A model generated the notes under the pieces. The model ran no database searches. It was not told the origin of the DNA and was given only the letters and a program-made list of their open reading frames with translations. Shown here piece after piece: positions 53,625 through 64,000 of a DNA stretch of 64,000 bases. The position numbers and the translations under genes are program-made. This DNA is from Porphyrobacter sp. (GTDB taxonomy: Bacteria; Pseudomonadota; Alphaproteobacteria; Sphingomonadales; Sphingomonadaceae): contig JAUMAX010000020.1 in NCBI GenBank assembly GCA_032116115.1, forward strand, positions 6,220 through 70,219, given 5' to 3'. The stretch's first letter is position 1. The number at the start of each line of letters is the position of its first letter.

Positions 53625-54818
53625 TCAAGCGCCCGGCAGATCGAGAATGCGCTTGGAAATCACGTTGAGCATGACTTCGCTGGTGCCGCCCTCGATCGAG
53701 TTCGCCTTCGTCCGCAGCCAGCTGCGTGACGGCTTGCCGCCTTCGGTTTCCTCGCTCTCCCATTCAAGGGAGCGCGAGCCGCCGACCGCCATCATCAACT
53801 CGTGGCGGCGCTTGTTCAGTTCCGTTCCGGCATATTTCATCATGTTCGGCTGCGCGGGGTGCGCCTTGCCGACCTTGATTTCATCGAGGAACTTCTCGCC
53901 CATCGCGGTGTAGGCCAGCGCGTCGACATCGAACATCGCCAGTTCCGCGCGCAGCACCGGGTCGAGCTCGTCGCCCAGCTTGGCCGAATGGCGCTTCATC
54001 GCCGCGCCAATCCCGGCGGTGCGATCCCCGCCATCTGCGCCGGAAATCATCTCGCGTTCGTGGCCGAGCAGATACTTGGCCACGTCCCAGCCGCGATTGA
54101 CGGTGCCGACCTGCGCCGGGCAATCCTCGCCATAGGACTTGGGCACTTCGACATTGTCGAAGAAGGTCTCGCAGAAGGGCGAGTTGCCGCTGATCAGCAG
54201 GATCGGCTTGGTGGTGACGCCTTCGCTGGCCATATCGAACAGCATGAAGGTGATGCCGGAATACTTGTCGGCCTTGTCGGTGCGGACGAGGCAGAATATC
54301 CAGTCGGCGTGATCGGCGTAAGACGTCCAGATTTTCTGGCCGTTCACCACCCAGCTATCGCCCTTGTCCTCGCCAAAGGTCTGCAGGCTGACAAGGTCGG
54401 AGCCCGAGCCCGGCTCCGAGTAGCCCTGGCACCAGCGGATCTCGCCGCGCGCGATTTCGTTGAGGAAACGCTGCTTCTGCCCCTCGGTGCCGAAATGCAG
54501 CAGCGCCGGGCCGAGCATCCAGATGCCGAAGCTGCTCAAGGGCGGGCGGGCGTTGATGCGGCCCATTTCCTCGCGCAGCACCTTGGCTTCGGCAGGCGAA
54601 AGACCCGCGCCGCCATAGGCCTTGGGCCAGCTCGGCACGGTGTAACCCTTGGCCACACAGGCTTCGAGCCATGCTTTTTGTGCGTCATTCTTGAAGGTTG
54701 CGCGGCGGCCACCCCAATAGATGTCGCTTTCGTCACGCGCGGGCTCGCGCATTTCGGCAGGGCAATTGGCCTCCAGCCAGGCACGCGTTTCGCTGCGGAA
54801 TGTGTCCAGATCGGCCAT
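53625..54818 (-). CDS. Acyl-CoA dehydrogenase family protein
   Basis: WCQGYSEPGSGSDL, VNGQKIWTS, SIEGGTSEV; ATG 54818 with SD. Confidence 0.94.
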   Translation of the reverse strand: MADLDTFRSETRAWLEANCPAEMREPARDESDIYWGGRRATFKNDAQKAWLEACVAKGYTVPSWPKAYGGAGLSPAEAKVLREEMGRINARPPLSSFGIWMLGPALLHFGTEGQKQRFLNEIARGEIRWCQGYSEPGSGSDLVSLQTFGEDKGDSWVVNGQKIWTSYADHADWIFCLVRTDKADKYSGITFMLFDMASEGVTTKPILLISGNSPFCETFFDNVEVPKSYGEDCPAQVGTVNRGWDVAKYLLGHEREMISGADGGDRTAGIGAAMKRHSAKLGDELDPVLRAELAMFDVDALAYTAMGEKFLDEIKVGKAHPAQPNMMKYAGTELNKRRHELMMAVGGSRSLEWESEETEGGKPSRSWLRTKANSIEGGTSEVMLNVISKRILDLPGA

Positions 54819-54846
54819 GCCGATTCTCCTCTCTTGAAGCTCCCAC

Positions 54847-54862
54847 TTGACGCTTACGTTAG
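54847..54862. promoter_or_regulatory. LiuR-like operator candidate
   Basis: TTGACGCTTACGTTAG, an imperfect ACGT-N2-ACGT palindrome upstream of an acyl-CoA dehydrogenase. Confidence 0.45.
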
Positions 54863-55042
54863 AGGCATTTGCACAGGCCCTGCAAGGGCTGTTCGCGGGG
54901 GCCTTGTCACGGCCAAGATGCCGTAGCGTCAGCGCTAGCGCGATTGCCAGCGCGATTGACGGCGCGCGCAATCCGCCTAGGTTCGCCGCAAAATTGGGAG
55001 AGAGACATTGGCTTCACACCTCAGGATCGGGGGCAGCCTCGC

Positions 55043-56527
55043 ATGGGCGTGATTGCCGGAAAGCTGCCGATGCGGCTGAAACTGATTCAGGGTTTCGGCG
55101 CTGTCGCGTTCGGCGTGAAGGATAATGGTTTTTCGTTCTTCCTGCTGATCTTCTACAATCAGGTGCTGGGCATGGATGCCCGCCTTGTCAGTCTGGCGCT
55201 GCTGATCGCGCTGCTGGTGGATGCCGTGGTCGATCCGATCCTCGGCAACTTGTCGGACCGCACCTATACGCGTTGGGGCCGCCGCCTGCCGTGGCTCTAT
55301 GCCGCGCCCATCCCGCTGGCCTTTGCCTGGGTGATCATGTGGAGCCCGCCCGCAGGCGAAGCGCCGAGTTTTGCCGGACTGGTGGTGATTGCCATCGCCG
55401 TGCGTGTGCTGCTGTCGGCCTGCGAGGTGCCGTCGATCAGCCTCGTACCGGAAATCACTGATGATTATGACGAGCGCACCACGCTGTTCCGTTACCGCGC
55501 GCTGGGGGGCTGGATCGGGGGCCTCAGCATGATGGTGCTGGCCTACACCGTGTTCATGGCGGGGCCGGAAGGCCTGCTCCAGCGTGAGGGCTATTATGCC
55601 TTTGGCGTTTTCGGCGCTGTGCTGATGGCCGTTTCGGTGATCGGTTCGGCGGCCGGCCAGCACAGTCTGGTGGCCAGGCTGCCGGACACCAGACCGCCCC
55701 CGTTCTCGATCAAGGGCGCCTTTGCCGAAATCCACGAGGCCTTTTCCGAGCGCGCCTTCCTGATCTTCGCTGCGGGCGGCCTTGCCGCCTACATCCATCA
55801 GGGGCTGAATTTCTCGATCACCAATTACATCAACCTGTTTGTGCTACAGCTGACCAGCAGCCAGTTGATGTTCTTCCCGCTGGTGCTGCTGGGCGCGGTG
55901 GTGCTGATGTTTGTGACCATCGGCCCGCTGCACCAGCGGTTCGGCAAGGCGAAGTCGGCAGGGCTCGGCATGATTATCGGCACGGTTCTGGGCATTGTCC
56001 CCTATTCGCTGCTGCTGCTGGGGTTCTGGCCCACACCCGGGACGATGATGTCGGCTGCGCTGTTCTTCGGCTTTGCGTTGATTGCGACAGGTCTGGGCAT
56101 CATCTCGCTGGTATCAGCCACGTCCATGATCGCAGAGATTGTCGAGGCGTTTGAAGAGCGCACCGGCAGGCGTGCGGAAGGATCGTTCTATTCGGGCAAC
56201 TGGCTGGTGCAGAAATGCGCGACCGGCGCGGGGATTTTCCTGTCGGGCCAGATCATCGCCTTTTCGCAGCTTGCCCCCGATGCCGTCCCCGGCAGCGTGC
56301 CACAGGATGTGCTGACCACCTTGCTGCTGTCCTATGGCAGCACGATGCTGCTGCTGGCGATCATCGCCTCATGGTGGCTGGCCCGTTTTCCGATCAGCCG
56401 CGAAGAACACGAGGCGCGGATCAATCGCCTCGCCGAACGCCGGTTGCGGGACAATCGGGATGCCGTAACGACAGACGCCGCCATGTCATTTGCGGCAGCC
56501 GACGGAGCGCCCGCGCCCCACAAATGA
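55043..56527 (+). CDS. MFS transporter, GPH (MFS_2) family
   Basis: [36 protein letters not shown], multiple TM segments; start uncertain. Confidence 0.88.
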   Translation: MGVIAGKLPMRLKLIQGFGAVAFGVKDNGFSFFLLIFYNQVLGMDARLVSLALLIALLVDAVVDPILGNLSDRTYTRWGRRLPWLYAAPIPLAFAWVIMWSPPAGEAPSFAGLVVIAIAVRVLLSACEVPSISLVPEITDDYDERTTLFRYRALGGWIGGLSMMVLAYTVFMAGPEGLLQREGYYAFGVFGAVLMAVSVIGSAAGQHSLVARLPDTRPPPFSIKGAFAEIHEAFSERAFLIFAAGGLAAYIHQGLNFSITNYINLFVLQLTSSQLMFFPLVLLGAVVLMFVTIGPLHQRFGKAKSAGLGMIIGTVLGIVPYSLLLLGFWPTPGTMMSAALFFGFALIATGLGIISLVSATSMIAEIVEAFEERTGRRAEGSFYSGNWLVQKCATGAGIFLSGQIIAFSQLAPDAVPGSVPQDVLTTLLLSYGSTMLLLAIIASWWLARFPISREEHEARINRLAERRLRDNRDAVTTDAAMSFAAADGAPAPHK

Positions 56528-56606
56528 GAGCTTGGCGGGCGGACAAGGCTCTGCCACGGTCAGACCCAGATTCGGTTTTCAATCAGGACGAGAGAGGAAC
56601 TACCCC

Positions 56607-57941
56607 ATGGATTTCGAACCCACCGAACGCCAGCTTTACTGGCGCAATCGCGTGCGCGATTTCATCGAGGCGCACGTCCGCCCCAACATGGCGGTCTATG
56701 ACAAGCAGGAGCACGAGGGCGAGCGCTGGAAGGTTCTCCCCATCGTCGAGGAAACCAAGGCCAAGGCCAAGGAAGCCGGCATCTGGAACCTGTTCATGCC
56801 GCCGCGCAATGACAGCCACCACCATGTCGATGATACCTTCGAATTCGAAGGTCCGGGCCTCACCAACCTCGAATATGCCATGTGTGCCGAGGAAATGGGC
56901 CGCATCGGCTGGGCGAGCGAAGTGTTCAACTGCTCGGCGCCCGATACCGGCAACATGGAAGTGTTCCACCGCTATGGCACGCGCGAACAGAAGGAAGCCT
57001 GGCTGCGGCCGCTGATGAACGGCGAGGTCCGTTCGGCCTTCCTGATGACCGAGCCCTTCACCGCTTCGTCCGACGCCACCAACATCGAAACCCGCATCGA
57101 GCGCGACGGCGATCACTATGTGATCAACGGGCGCAAGTGGTGGTCTTCGGGCCTTGGCGATCCGCGTTGCAAGATCGCGATCCTTATGGGCAAGACCAAC
57201 CCCGATGCGCAGCGCCATTCGCAGCAGTCGCAGATCCTGATGCCGATCGACACCCCCGGCGTGAACATCCTGCGCCACCTGCCGGTGTTCGGTTACGATG
57301 ATGCACCGCACGGCCACATGGAAGTGGAAATGGTCAACGTCCGCGTCCCCGCAGAGAACATCCTGCTGGGCGAAGGCCGCGGGTTCGAGATCGCGCAGGG
57401 CCGCCTCGGGCCGGGCCGTATCCACCACTGCATGCGCACCATCGGTGCCGCTGAAGAGGCGCTGGAGAAGATGTGCCGCCGCCTGCAGGAACGTGAAGCC
57501 TTCGGCAAGCCGGTCTACAAGCACTCGGTCTGGGAAGAGCGCGTAGCGCGCGCCCGCATTGATATCGACATGACCCGCCTGCTCTGCCTCAAGGCGGCCG
57601 ACATGATGGACAAGGTCGGCAACAAGGCGGCGAAGCAGGAAATCGCGATGATCAAGGTGCAGGCCCCCAACATGGCGCTGCGGATCATCGACGATGCGAT
57701 CCAGGCCCATGGCGGCGGCGGCGTGTCGGACGATTACGGCCTCGCCCGCAGCTACGCCAACCAGCGCACCCTGCGTCTTGCCGACGGTCCGGACGAAGTC
57801 CACGCCCGCTCGATCGCGCACATGGAGTTCGCCAAGCACGCCCCGCGTCCCGGCCCCACGGCCAACGCTCTGCGCGGCGATCACGGGCGCGCTGTCGAAC
57901 CGCAGAGCTTCAGCTCGGGCGACATGGGCGTCGCCAGGTGA
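56607..57941 (+). CDS. Acyl-CoA dehydrogenase (ACAD10/11, LvaC-like subfamily)
   Basis: [55 protein letters not shown]. Confidence 0.93.
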   Translation: MDFEPTERQLYWRNRVRDFIEAHVRPNMAVYDKQEHEGERWKVLPIVEETKAKAKEAGIWNLFMPPRNDSHHHVDDTFEFEGPGLTNLEYAMCAEEMGRIGWASEVFNCSAPDTGNMEVFHRYGTREQKEAWLRPLMNGEVRSAFLMTEPFTASSDATNIETRIERDGDHYVINGRKWWSSGLGDPRCKIAILMGKTNPDAQRHSQQSQILMPIDTPGVNILRHLPVFGYDDAPHGHMEVEMVNVRVPAENILLGEGRGFEIAQGRLGPGRIHHCMRTIGAAEEALEKMCRRLQEREAFGKPVYKHSVWEERVARARIDIDMTRLLCLKAADMMDKVGNKAAKQEIAMIKVQAPNMALRIIDDAIQAHGGGGVSDDYGLARSYANQRTLRLADGPDEVHARSIAHMEFAKHAPRPGPTANALRGDHGRAVEPQSFSSGDMGVAR

Positions 57942-57960
57942 TCTGAGCGCGGTAAGTATT

Positions 57961-57988
57961 GTCCCCCTCCTCCCCGGAGGAGGGGGAC
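57961..57988. repeat. REP-like perfect hairpin
   Basis: GTCCCCCTCCTCC-CC-GGAGGAGGGGGAC in an intra-operon gap. Confidence 0.65.
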
Positions 57989-58003
57989 CAAGGGAGATGA
58001 CAA

Positions 58004-59092
58004 TTGGCAAAAGCCGCCATTCTCGAAGCACCCGGCGAAGGCCTTCGGATCGCCGAGGTCACCTTTGCCGATCCCGGCCCGCATGAAGTCCTGATCGACA
58101 CCAAAGCGTGTGGTCTGTGCCATTCGGACCTGCACTTCATAGACGGGCATTACCCCCACGCCCTGCCCTGCATTCCGGGGCATGAGGCGGCAGGCATCGT
58201 CCGCGCGGTCGGCAGCGAGGTGCGCACGGTGAAGCCGGGCGATCACGTCGTCTCCTGCCTTTCGGCCTTCTGCGGCCACTGCGAATTCTGCGTGACCGGC
58301 CGCATGGCGCTGTGCCTTGGCGGGGACACCCGCCGCGCCAAGGGCGATTCCTCGCGCATCGCCTTTGCCGATGGTTCGCCGGTCAACCAGATGCTCAACC
58401 TGTCGGCCCTGTCCGAACAGATGCTGATCCACGAACATGCCTGCGTTTCGATCGACAAGGACATGCCGTTCGACCGCGCCGCCCTGCTCGGCTGCGCGGT
58501 GACGACCGGCGCGGGGACGATCTTCAACGCCTGCAAGGTAACGCCGGGCGAAACCGTGCTGGTGGTCGGCTGCGGCGGGGTGGGCCTTGCGGTCATCAAC
58601 GCCGCCAAAATCGCCGGCGCGGCCAAGATCATCGCTGCCGATCCGCTCCCCGAAAAGCGCGCCCTTGCCGAAGTGCTGGGCGCAACGCACACGGTCGATG
58701 CGCTCGCGCCCGATGCCGCCAAGCAGATCATCGCGATTTCGGGCGGCGGGGTCGATTGGGGGATTGAAGCGGTGGGCCGTCAGGCCTCCGCTGACCTTGC
58801 CGTTGCCAGCCTCAAGCGCGGTGGCACCGCTGTGATCCTCGGCATGATGCCGCTGGACTGCAAGGTCGGGCTGTCGGCCTTTGACCTGCTCGGCGGCAAG
58901 AAGCTGATGGGCGCATTGATGGGGATGAACCACTTCCCCGTCGATCTGCCGCGCCTCGTTGATTTCTACCTGCGCGGGCTGCTCGATCTCGACACGATCA
59001 TCGCCGAGCGCATCCCGCTCGAAGCAGTGAACGAAGGCTTCAATACCATGCGCGCCGGCCACTCCGCGCGCACCGTGGTGGTGTTCGACTGA
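58004..59092 (+). CDS. Zn-dependent alcohol dehydrogenase
   Basis: CGLCHSD, GHEAAG, C..C..C structural Zn site, LLGCAVTTG, GCGGVG; TTG start. Confidence 0.93.
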   Translation: MAKAAILEAPGEGLRIAEVTFADPGPHEVLIDTKACGLCHSDLHFIDGHYPHALPCIPGHEAAGIVRAVGSEVRTVKPGDHVVSCLSAFCGHCEFCVTGRMALCLGGDTRRAKGDSSRIAFADGSPVNQMLNLSALSEQMLIHEHACVSIDKDMPFDRAALLGCAVTTGAGTIFNACKVTPGETVLVVGCGGVGLAVINAAKIAGAAKIIAADPLPEKRALAEVLGATHTVDALAPDAAKQIIAISGGGVDWGIEAVGRQASADLAVASLKRGGTAVILGMMPLDCKVGLSAFDLLGGKKLMGALMGMNHFPVDLPRLVDFYLRGLLDLDTIIAERIPLEAVNEGFNTMRAGHSARTVVVFD

Positions 59093-60162
59093 TGGATATT
59101 GATTACGACAAGGAAATGGTCGGCACGGTCGAAGTGACCGAGAAGGACGCGCTTGATCTTGCTGCCCTGACCCGCTGGTTCGAAGCCAATGTCGATGGCT
59201 ACGAAGGCCCGATCAGCTACACCAAGTTCAAGGGCGGCCAGTCGAACCCCACCTACCGGATCGACACGCCCGGCGCGAGCTATGTGCTGCGCCGCCAGCC
59301 CTTCGGCAAGCTGCTGCCATCCGCTCACGCAGTCGACCGCGAATATGCCGCGATGACCGGCCTGTTCCCGACCGGCTTCCCCGTGCCGCGCACCTATGGC
59401 CTCTGCGAAGACCCCGAGGTGATCGGGTCGAAGTTCTTCGTCATGTCCATGGCTGACGGGCGGAGCCTGTGGAACGGCGCGCTTCCCGGCATGGAGCCGG
59501 AGGAACGCCGCGCGCTTTATCACGCGCTGATCGACACCATGGCCGATCTGCACCTCAACCAGCCCGACCGCATCGGCATGGGCGATTATGGCAAGCCGAC
59601 CGACTACTGCGCGCGCCAGATCGCCCGCTGGTCGAAGCAGTACAAGCTGTCCGAAACCGAACATATGCCGGAAATGGAGCGGCTGATCGAATGGCTGCCG
59701 CAGACCATTCCGCCGCAGCACGGCTCCAGCGTGGTGCATGGCGACTACCGGCTCGACAATGTGATCTTCCACAAGGACGAAGCCCGCATCATCGCGGTGC
59801 TCGACTGGGAGTTGTCGACGCTGGGCGATCCGATTGCCGATTTCAGCTACCTGATGCTCAACTGGTTCCAGCCCGCTGACGGGCGTGCGGGGCTGTCCGG
59901 CCTCGATCTTGAGGCTCTGGGCATCCCGACGGTCGAGGAAGCGGTGGAACGCTATGTCGCGCGCACCGGATACCCCGTGCCGCCGATGGACTGGTATTTC
60001 GCCTATAACCTGTTCCGGCTCGCAGGGATCATGCAGGGCATCAAGAAGCGGGTGATCGACGGCACCGCCTCGTCCGCCCACGCACAAAGCATGAGCGAGC
60101 GGGTGCGGCCATTGGCGGAGCGGGCCTATCAGTTCGCGCTGGCGGCGGGGATGGAGTCCTAG
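59092..60162 (+). CDS. APH-family phosphotransferase (LvaA/ACAD10-kinase-like)
   Basis: GGQSNPTY, AHAVDREY, VVHGDYRLDN, AVLDWELSTLGDP. Confidence 0.92.
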   Translation: MDIDYDKEMVGTVEVTEKDALDLAALTRWFEANVDGYEGPISYTKFKGGQSNPTYRIDTPGASYVLRRQPFGKLLPSAHAVDREYAAMTGLFPTGFPVPRTYGLCEDPEVIGSKFFVMSMADGRSLWNGALPGMEPEERRALYHALIDTMADLHLNQPDRIGMGDYGKPTDYCARQIARWSKQYKLSETEHMPEMERLIEWLPQTIPPQHGSSVVHGDYRLDNVIFHKDEARIIAVLDWELSTLGDPIADFSYLMLNWFQPADGRAGLSGLDLEALGIPTVEEAVERYVARTGYPVPPMDWYFAYNLFRLAGIMQGIKKRVIDGTASSAHAQSMSERVRPLAERAYQFALAAGMES

Positions 60163-60332
60163 TTTTCGCACGCCCCTCCGGGCGTGCGTCCTCGCCGCGC
60201 TTCGCGCTTTGCGCGAGCGGCTGCGGGCGCGCGGTCGCGCTTGCGGCCCTGACGGGCCGATTGGTTACGCTTGCCGCTCGCAGCAAGGGCCGCTAGGCGC
60301 GCTGGCGGATATCTGACCGCTGGAGAACACCC

Positions 60333-61169
60333 ATGCATGACGCCCTGATCACCGCCATCGAAGCCGCTTGGGACGACCGCGCCTCTGTCACTCCCGGCCA
60401 TCCGGTGGGCGAAGCGGTGGAACAGGCGCTCGCCCTGCTCGATAGCGGCGCGGCGCGGGTGGCTGCGCCTGACGGCAATGGCGGCTGGCAGGTCAACCAG
60501 TGGCTCAAGAAGGCGGTGCTTTTGAGCTTCCGCCTCAACGACAACGCGGTCGTCGATGGCGGCGCGGCCAGCGCGCCTGCCTATGACAAGGTGCCGCTGA
60601 AGTTCGCCACCTGGGGCGAAGACGAGTTCCGCGCGGGCGGCTTCCGCGTGGTGCCGGGCGCAGTGGTGCGGCGCGGGGCGCATATCTCCAAGGGCGCGGT
60701 GCTGATGCCGAGCTTCGTCAACATCGGCGCTTACGTGGGCGAGAACACCATGATCGACACATGGGCGACCGTGGGCTCGTGCGCGCAGATCGGCGCGAAC
60801 GTCCATATCTCGGGCGGCGCAGGCATCGGCGGGGTGCTCGAACCGCTTCAGGCCGAACCCGTCATCATCGGCGACGGTGCCTTCATCGGCGCACGCGCGG
60901 AAGTGGCCGAAGGCGTGCGCGTGGGCGAAGGCGCGGTGCTTTCGATGGGCGTCTATCTCGGTGCCTCCACCAAGATCGTCGACCGCGCCACGGGCGAAGT
61001 CCACATGGGCGAAGTGCCGCCCTATGCCGTGGTCGTCCCCGGCTCGATGCCCGGCAAGCCCCTGCCCGATGGCACCATGGGGCCGAGCCTCTATTGCGCG
61101 GTGATCGTCAAGACGGTGGACGCGCAGACCCGTTCGAAGACCGGAATCAACGAGCTGCTGCGCGACTGA
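60333..61169 (+). CDS. dapD: Tetrahydrodipicolinate N-succinyltransferase
   Basis: [57 protein letters not shown]. Confidence 0.97.
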   Translation: MHDALITAIEAAWDDRASVTPGHPVGEAVEQALALLDSGAARVAAPDGNGGWQVNQWLKKAVLLSFRLNDNAVVDGGAASAPAYDKVPLKFATWGEDEFRAGGFRVVPGAVVRRGAHISKGAVLMPSFVNIGAYVGENTMIDTWATVGSCAQIGANVHISGGAGIGGVLEPLQAEPVIIGDGAFIGARAEVAEGVRVGEGAVLSMGVYLGASTKIVDRATGEVHMGEVPPYAVVVPGSMPGKPLPDGTMGPSLYCAVIVKTVDAQTRSKTGINELLRD

Positions 61170-61277
61170 GGCGGCGGGGTCACCCTGCCCCGTTTCCGCC
61201 CCGCTCTGACCGTTTGTTACGAAACGCCCGCGCCATTGCGCGCATGGTCTCCCGCCCCATCCCGCAGGAGACCCCCT

Positions 61278-61535
61278 ATGCCGCACACCAACCGCGAAAC
61301 CCGTATCGATGAGACTGACGCAAAGGCCGGCAGCAACGAAGGCGTGGTGCGCTGGGTGCTGCTGTTCAGCCTCGGCCTCGCCATCATCGCCATGACCGTG
61401 ATCTGGGTGACCGGCGCCCTGACGCAGGACAAGGTCGAGAGCCAAGGCACAGCCACGGGCCGGATCGAGGCCGAGGCCGAACAGCGCGATGCCCCTGCCA
61501 CAACCAGCAGCACGGTTGCCCCCGCTGCCGACTGA
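61278..61535 (+). CDS. Small single-TM membrane protein, paralog A
   Basis: SD AGGAG; RIDETDAKAG...VVRWVLLFSLGLAIIAMTVIWV. Confidence 0.7.
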   Translation: MPHTNRETRIDETDAKAGSNEGVVRWVLLFSLGLAIIAMTVIWVTGALTQDKVESQGTATGRIEAEAEQRDAPATTSSTVAPAAD

Positions 61536-61565
61536 GCGGGAACCATTTGCCCCCGCTTGACTTGA

Positions 61566-61598
61566 TTGACGTTACGGAAGATGTTTCCGTAACGTCAA
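61566..61598. promoter_or_regulatory. Perfect 14-bp inverted repeat with 5-nt spacer
   Basis: TTGACGTTACGGAA-GATGT-TTCCGTAACGTCAA. Confidence 0.6.
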
Positions 61599-61618
61599 CA
61601 ACAACGGGGAGAGCCGCA

Positions 61619-61780
61619 ATGGCCGATCAGAACGAAGCCATCCGTATCAGTGACGAAGACGCGCGCGGAGCGGTCAGCAATACCGGATTGCGCTATGTTC
61701 TGGCGTTCAGCCTCGGCTTTGCGGTGGTCGCGATGAGCCTCGTCTGGATTATCCCCGCGCTCTACAACGCGAGCCACTGA
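61619..61780 (+). CDS. Small single-TM membrane protein, paralog B
   Basis: SD GGGAGAG; RISDEDARGA...LRYVLAFSLGFAVVAMSLVWI. Confidence 0.7.
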   Translation: MADQNEAIRISDEDARGAVSNTGLRYVLAFSLGFAVVAMSLVWIIPALYNASH

Positions 61781-63079
61781 TCACTCCGCCTTGGCGGGCG
61801 GGTTGATCAGCGTTTCGATCGGCGGTTCGTCGGCGCGGCTGGCGGCCTGAGCCTCGGCGGCGCGCATCACCCGCAGGATGTTGCGGCTGGCGATCATCTC
61901 CAGTTCCGCCTGCGAATAGCCGCGCCGCGCGAGTTCGGTGAACAGCGCAGGGTAGCCGCTGACATCCTCCATGCCTTCCGGCCCGATCGGCATGCCGTCA
62001 TAATCGCCGCCGATGCCGATATGCTCCACGCCCGCCACTTCGCGGACATGGTCGATATGGTCGGCGACATCGCCGATCACGCTCTTGGGCTCGGGATTGG
62101 CGGCGACCCACGCGGCCACCGCCTTGGCCGCCGCATCGGGATTGCCGAGATGCTCGACCCGCGCCTGAGCGATCACGCCCGCGCGCCGGGCGTCCCACTG
62201 GCGCACCTTTTCATTGATGAAGCGCGGCAGGGCGACCACCATCACCACCCCGCCGTTCTCCGGCAGGCGCTTCAGCACGCTATCGGGCACATTGCGCGGA
62301 TGCGCCGTCACGCCGCGCGCACCGGAATGGCTGAAGATCACAGGCGCGGTGGCGACATCAAGCGCATCCATCATGGTCGCTTCGCTGACGTGGCTGAGAT
62401 CGACCAGCATCCCCAGCCGGTTCATCTCGCGCACCACATCCTTGCCGAAGTCGGTCAGCCCGCCATGCAGCGGTGCATCGGTCGCGGCATCGGCCCAGGG
62501 GATGTTCGAATTGTGGGTCAGCGTCATGTAACGCGCGCCCATCGCGTGGAACTGGCGCAGCACGCCGAGGTTCGATCCGATCGAATAGCCGCCCTCCATC
62601 CCCAGCAGGGAGGCGATCTTGCCATCACGCATCGCGGTTTCGACCTGATCGGCGGTCAGGGCATAGCGCATGGTTTCCGGGTTCCGGGCGATCAGGCGCT
62701 TGGTGACGTCGATCTGCTCGATGGTCTGCTGCACCGCCGCCGCCTCGTTGGCGTTGTGCGGTACATAGACCGACCAGAACTGCGCGCCCACCTTGCCCTT
62801 CTTCAGCCGGACCAGATCGGTGTGCATCGCCCCGTCATCACCGCCGACGTGGTCGTGCTCGTCCATGGTGTCGGTGAAATCGAAGGTGTTGATCTGGTTG
62901 TTCTCGCGCGAGCGCAGCTGGCCGGGGGCATCATTGTGGCCGTCAAACACCGGCGCAGCCTCCAGCGCAGCGGCGGCGGTGGCGGCGGCCTGTTCCTCGC
63001 TGACCTTCTGCGCAGTGGCAGGCGCCGCCAGCAACAGCGCGGCGGCAAGGGCAAGGCGCGAGACGGTGAAACGTTGCAT
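61781..63079 (-). CDS. Membrane dipeptidase (peptidase M19)
   Basis: VFDGHND, GAQFWSVY, LLGMEGG, YMTLTH, LVDLSH, IFSHSG, HIGIGGDYDG. Confidence 0.93.
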   Translation of the reverse strand: MQRFTVSRLALAAALLLAAPATAQKVSEEQAAATAAAALEAAPVFDGHNDAPGQLRSRENNQINTFDFTDTMDEHDHVGGDDGAMHTDLVRLKKGKVGAQFWSVYVPHNANEAAAVQQTIEQIDVTKRLIARNPETMRYALTADQVETAMRDGKIASLLGMEGGYSIGSNLGVLRQFHAMGARYMTLTHNSNIPWADAATDAPLHGGLTDFGKDVVREMNRLGMLVDLSHVSEATMMDALDVATAPVIFSHSGARGVTAHPRNVPDSVLKRLPENGGVVMVVALPRFINEKVRQWDARRAGVIAQARVEHLGNPDAAAKAVAAWVAANPEPKSVIGDVADHIDHVREVAGVEHIGIGGDYDGMPIGPEGMEDVSGYPALFTELARRGYSQAELEMIASRNILRVMRAAEAQAASRADEPPIETLINPPAKAE

Positions 63080-63131
63080 GGGGGTGGCTCCCGAAGCTAG
63101 AGCGCCTGCGACAGCAGACAAGGACGTGAGC

Positions 63132-63587
63132 ATGGGTGATAGCGCGGCAGCACTGATCGAACAATTGGGCCTGACCGCTCATCCCGAAGGCGGGTGGTAT
63201 CGCGAGACATGGAGGGGCGATTCCGGTGCGGACGGACGCGCCAGCGGCACGGCGATCATCTTCCTGCTGCGCGCCGGGGAAGCCTCGCACTGGCACACGG
63301 TCGATGCGGCCGAGATGTGGCTGTGGCAGGCAGGCGATCCGGTCGAACTGCGCCTCGCCGCCGATGATGCGGGGCCGGCGCGCTCGGTCATACTCGGTGC
63401 GGATGTGGGCGCAGGCCAGCACTTGCAGGGCCATGTGGCCCCGGGCGAGTGGCAGGCGGCACGGCCCTATGGCGATGCGGTCCACGGCTACAGCCTTGTC
63501 TCCTGCGTGGTGGTGCCGGGGTTCGATTTTGCCGGCTTCACCCTCGCACCGCCGGGCTGGGAGCCGGGACAGGGCGAGGCGGCATGA
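63132..63587 (+). CDS. Cupin_5 (DUF985) protein
   Basis: LGLTAHPEGGWYRETWR, SHWHTVDAAEMW, SLVSCVVVPGFDF. Confidence 0.92.
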   Translation: MGDSAAALIEQLGLTAHPEGGWYRETWRGDSGADGRASGTAIIFLLRAGEASHWHTVDAAEMWLWQAGDPVELRLAADDAGPARSVILGADVGAGQHLQGHVAPGEWQAARPYGDAVHGYSLVSCVVVPGFDFAGFTLAPPGWEPGQGEAA

Positions 63588-63982
63588 TCAAGGCTGCACT
63601 GCGCTGGCTGCTGGCCGCGTTCTATGCCTTTGCGGGCGTGATTCACCTGATCAATCCCGCACCGTTCCTCACCATCACCCCGGCATGGGTGCCAGCGCCG
63701 GAGGCCGTGGTGCTTTTGACCGGCGTTGCCGAAATTCTCGGCGCGATCGGGCTGGTGCAGCCGTTTTCGCGTCCCTTGCGGCAAGCAGCGGGATGGGGGC
63801 TGGCGCTCTATGCGCTGTGCGTGTGGCCGGCCAACATCAACCATTTTGCCATGGACATGGCGCGCGCCGACGGCGGGTTGGGCCTTGGCTATCACATCCC
63901 GCGCATGGTCGCGCAGCCGGTGATCATTGGGCTGGCCCTGTGGCTGGGTGAATGCTGGCCGCTGCGCCGCCGCGCTGCGTGA
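63584..63982 (+). CDS. DoxX-like membrane protein
   Basis: AGVIHL..PAPFL..TP.WVP, TGVAEILG, VWPANINH, HIPRM..QPVII. Confidence 0.85.
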   Translation: MIKAALRWLLAAFYAFAGVIHLINPAPFLTITPAWVPAPEAVVLLTGVAEILGAIGLVQPFSRPLRQAAGWGLALYALCVWPANINHFAMDMARADGGLGLGYHIPRMVAQPVIIGLALWLGECWPLRRRAA

Positions 63983-64000
63983 CCGCCACTCCAAGCACTC

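Noticed and set aside
60185-60262. GC-rich imperfect hairpins between the phosphotransferase and dapD
   Set aside because: May be an interspersed repeat, but only one copy is in the window and the stems are imperfect; cannot be supported without a genome-wide count.
1-64000. CRISPR array, rRNA, IS transposase, or a duplicated tRNA 3' end (attL)
   Set aside because: No regularly spaced repeat-spacer array, rRNA-like sequence, DDE transposase motif or second copy of the tRNA end was seen by eye.

Overview
Alphaproteobacterial chromosome segment; gene content and order suggest an Erythrobacter/Porphyrobacter-like sphingomonad (inference). Left part (1 to about 23,100): accessory region, visibly less GC-rich than the right part, ending at the 3' end of a tRNA-Ser(GGA). 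It carries a roughly 14 kb minus-strand run of 12 genes: a doubly degenerate GGDEF-EAL protein, an HfaA/CsgA-like small secreted protein, an HfaB/CsgG-family lipoprotein fused to an OmpA-like domain, a 1552-aa Cys-free secreted protein with about 18 HfaD/curli-like repeats, an HdeA-like peptidoglycan-binding protein, and a complete second Tol-Pal set (tolQ-tolR-tolA-tolB-pal-like, ompW, ybgF-like). A convergent kinase/receiver pair with a degenerate ATPase domain lies at the far left. Next to the tRNA is a small serine-recombinase module (DUF5681-like x2, ParB-methyltransferase, DUF3489-like, DUF2924-like, large serine recombinase) followed by periodic CCTGTT boxes. Right part: core genome with spoT, hemF, infC (probable AUA start), four tandem DUF547-like paralogs with duplicated promoters, the housekeeping ybgC-tolQRAB-pal operon, his genes, sspB, gmk, a phosphate porin with a Pho box, an acyl-CoA dehydrogenase/phosphotransferase cluster and dapD. 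Best candidate for an undescribed system: the curli/holdfast-anchor-like secretion locus with a giant repeat protein and its own Tol-Pal motor. All family calls come from motif recognition by eye; no database searches were run.
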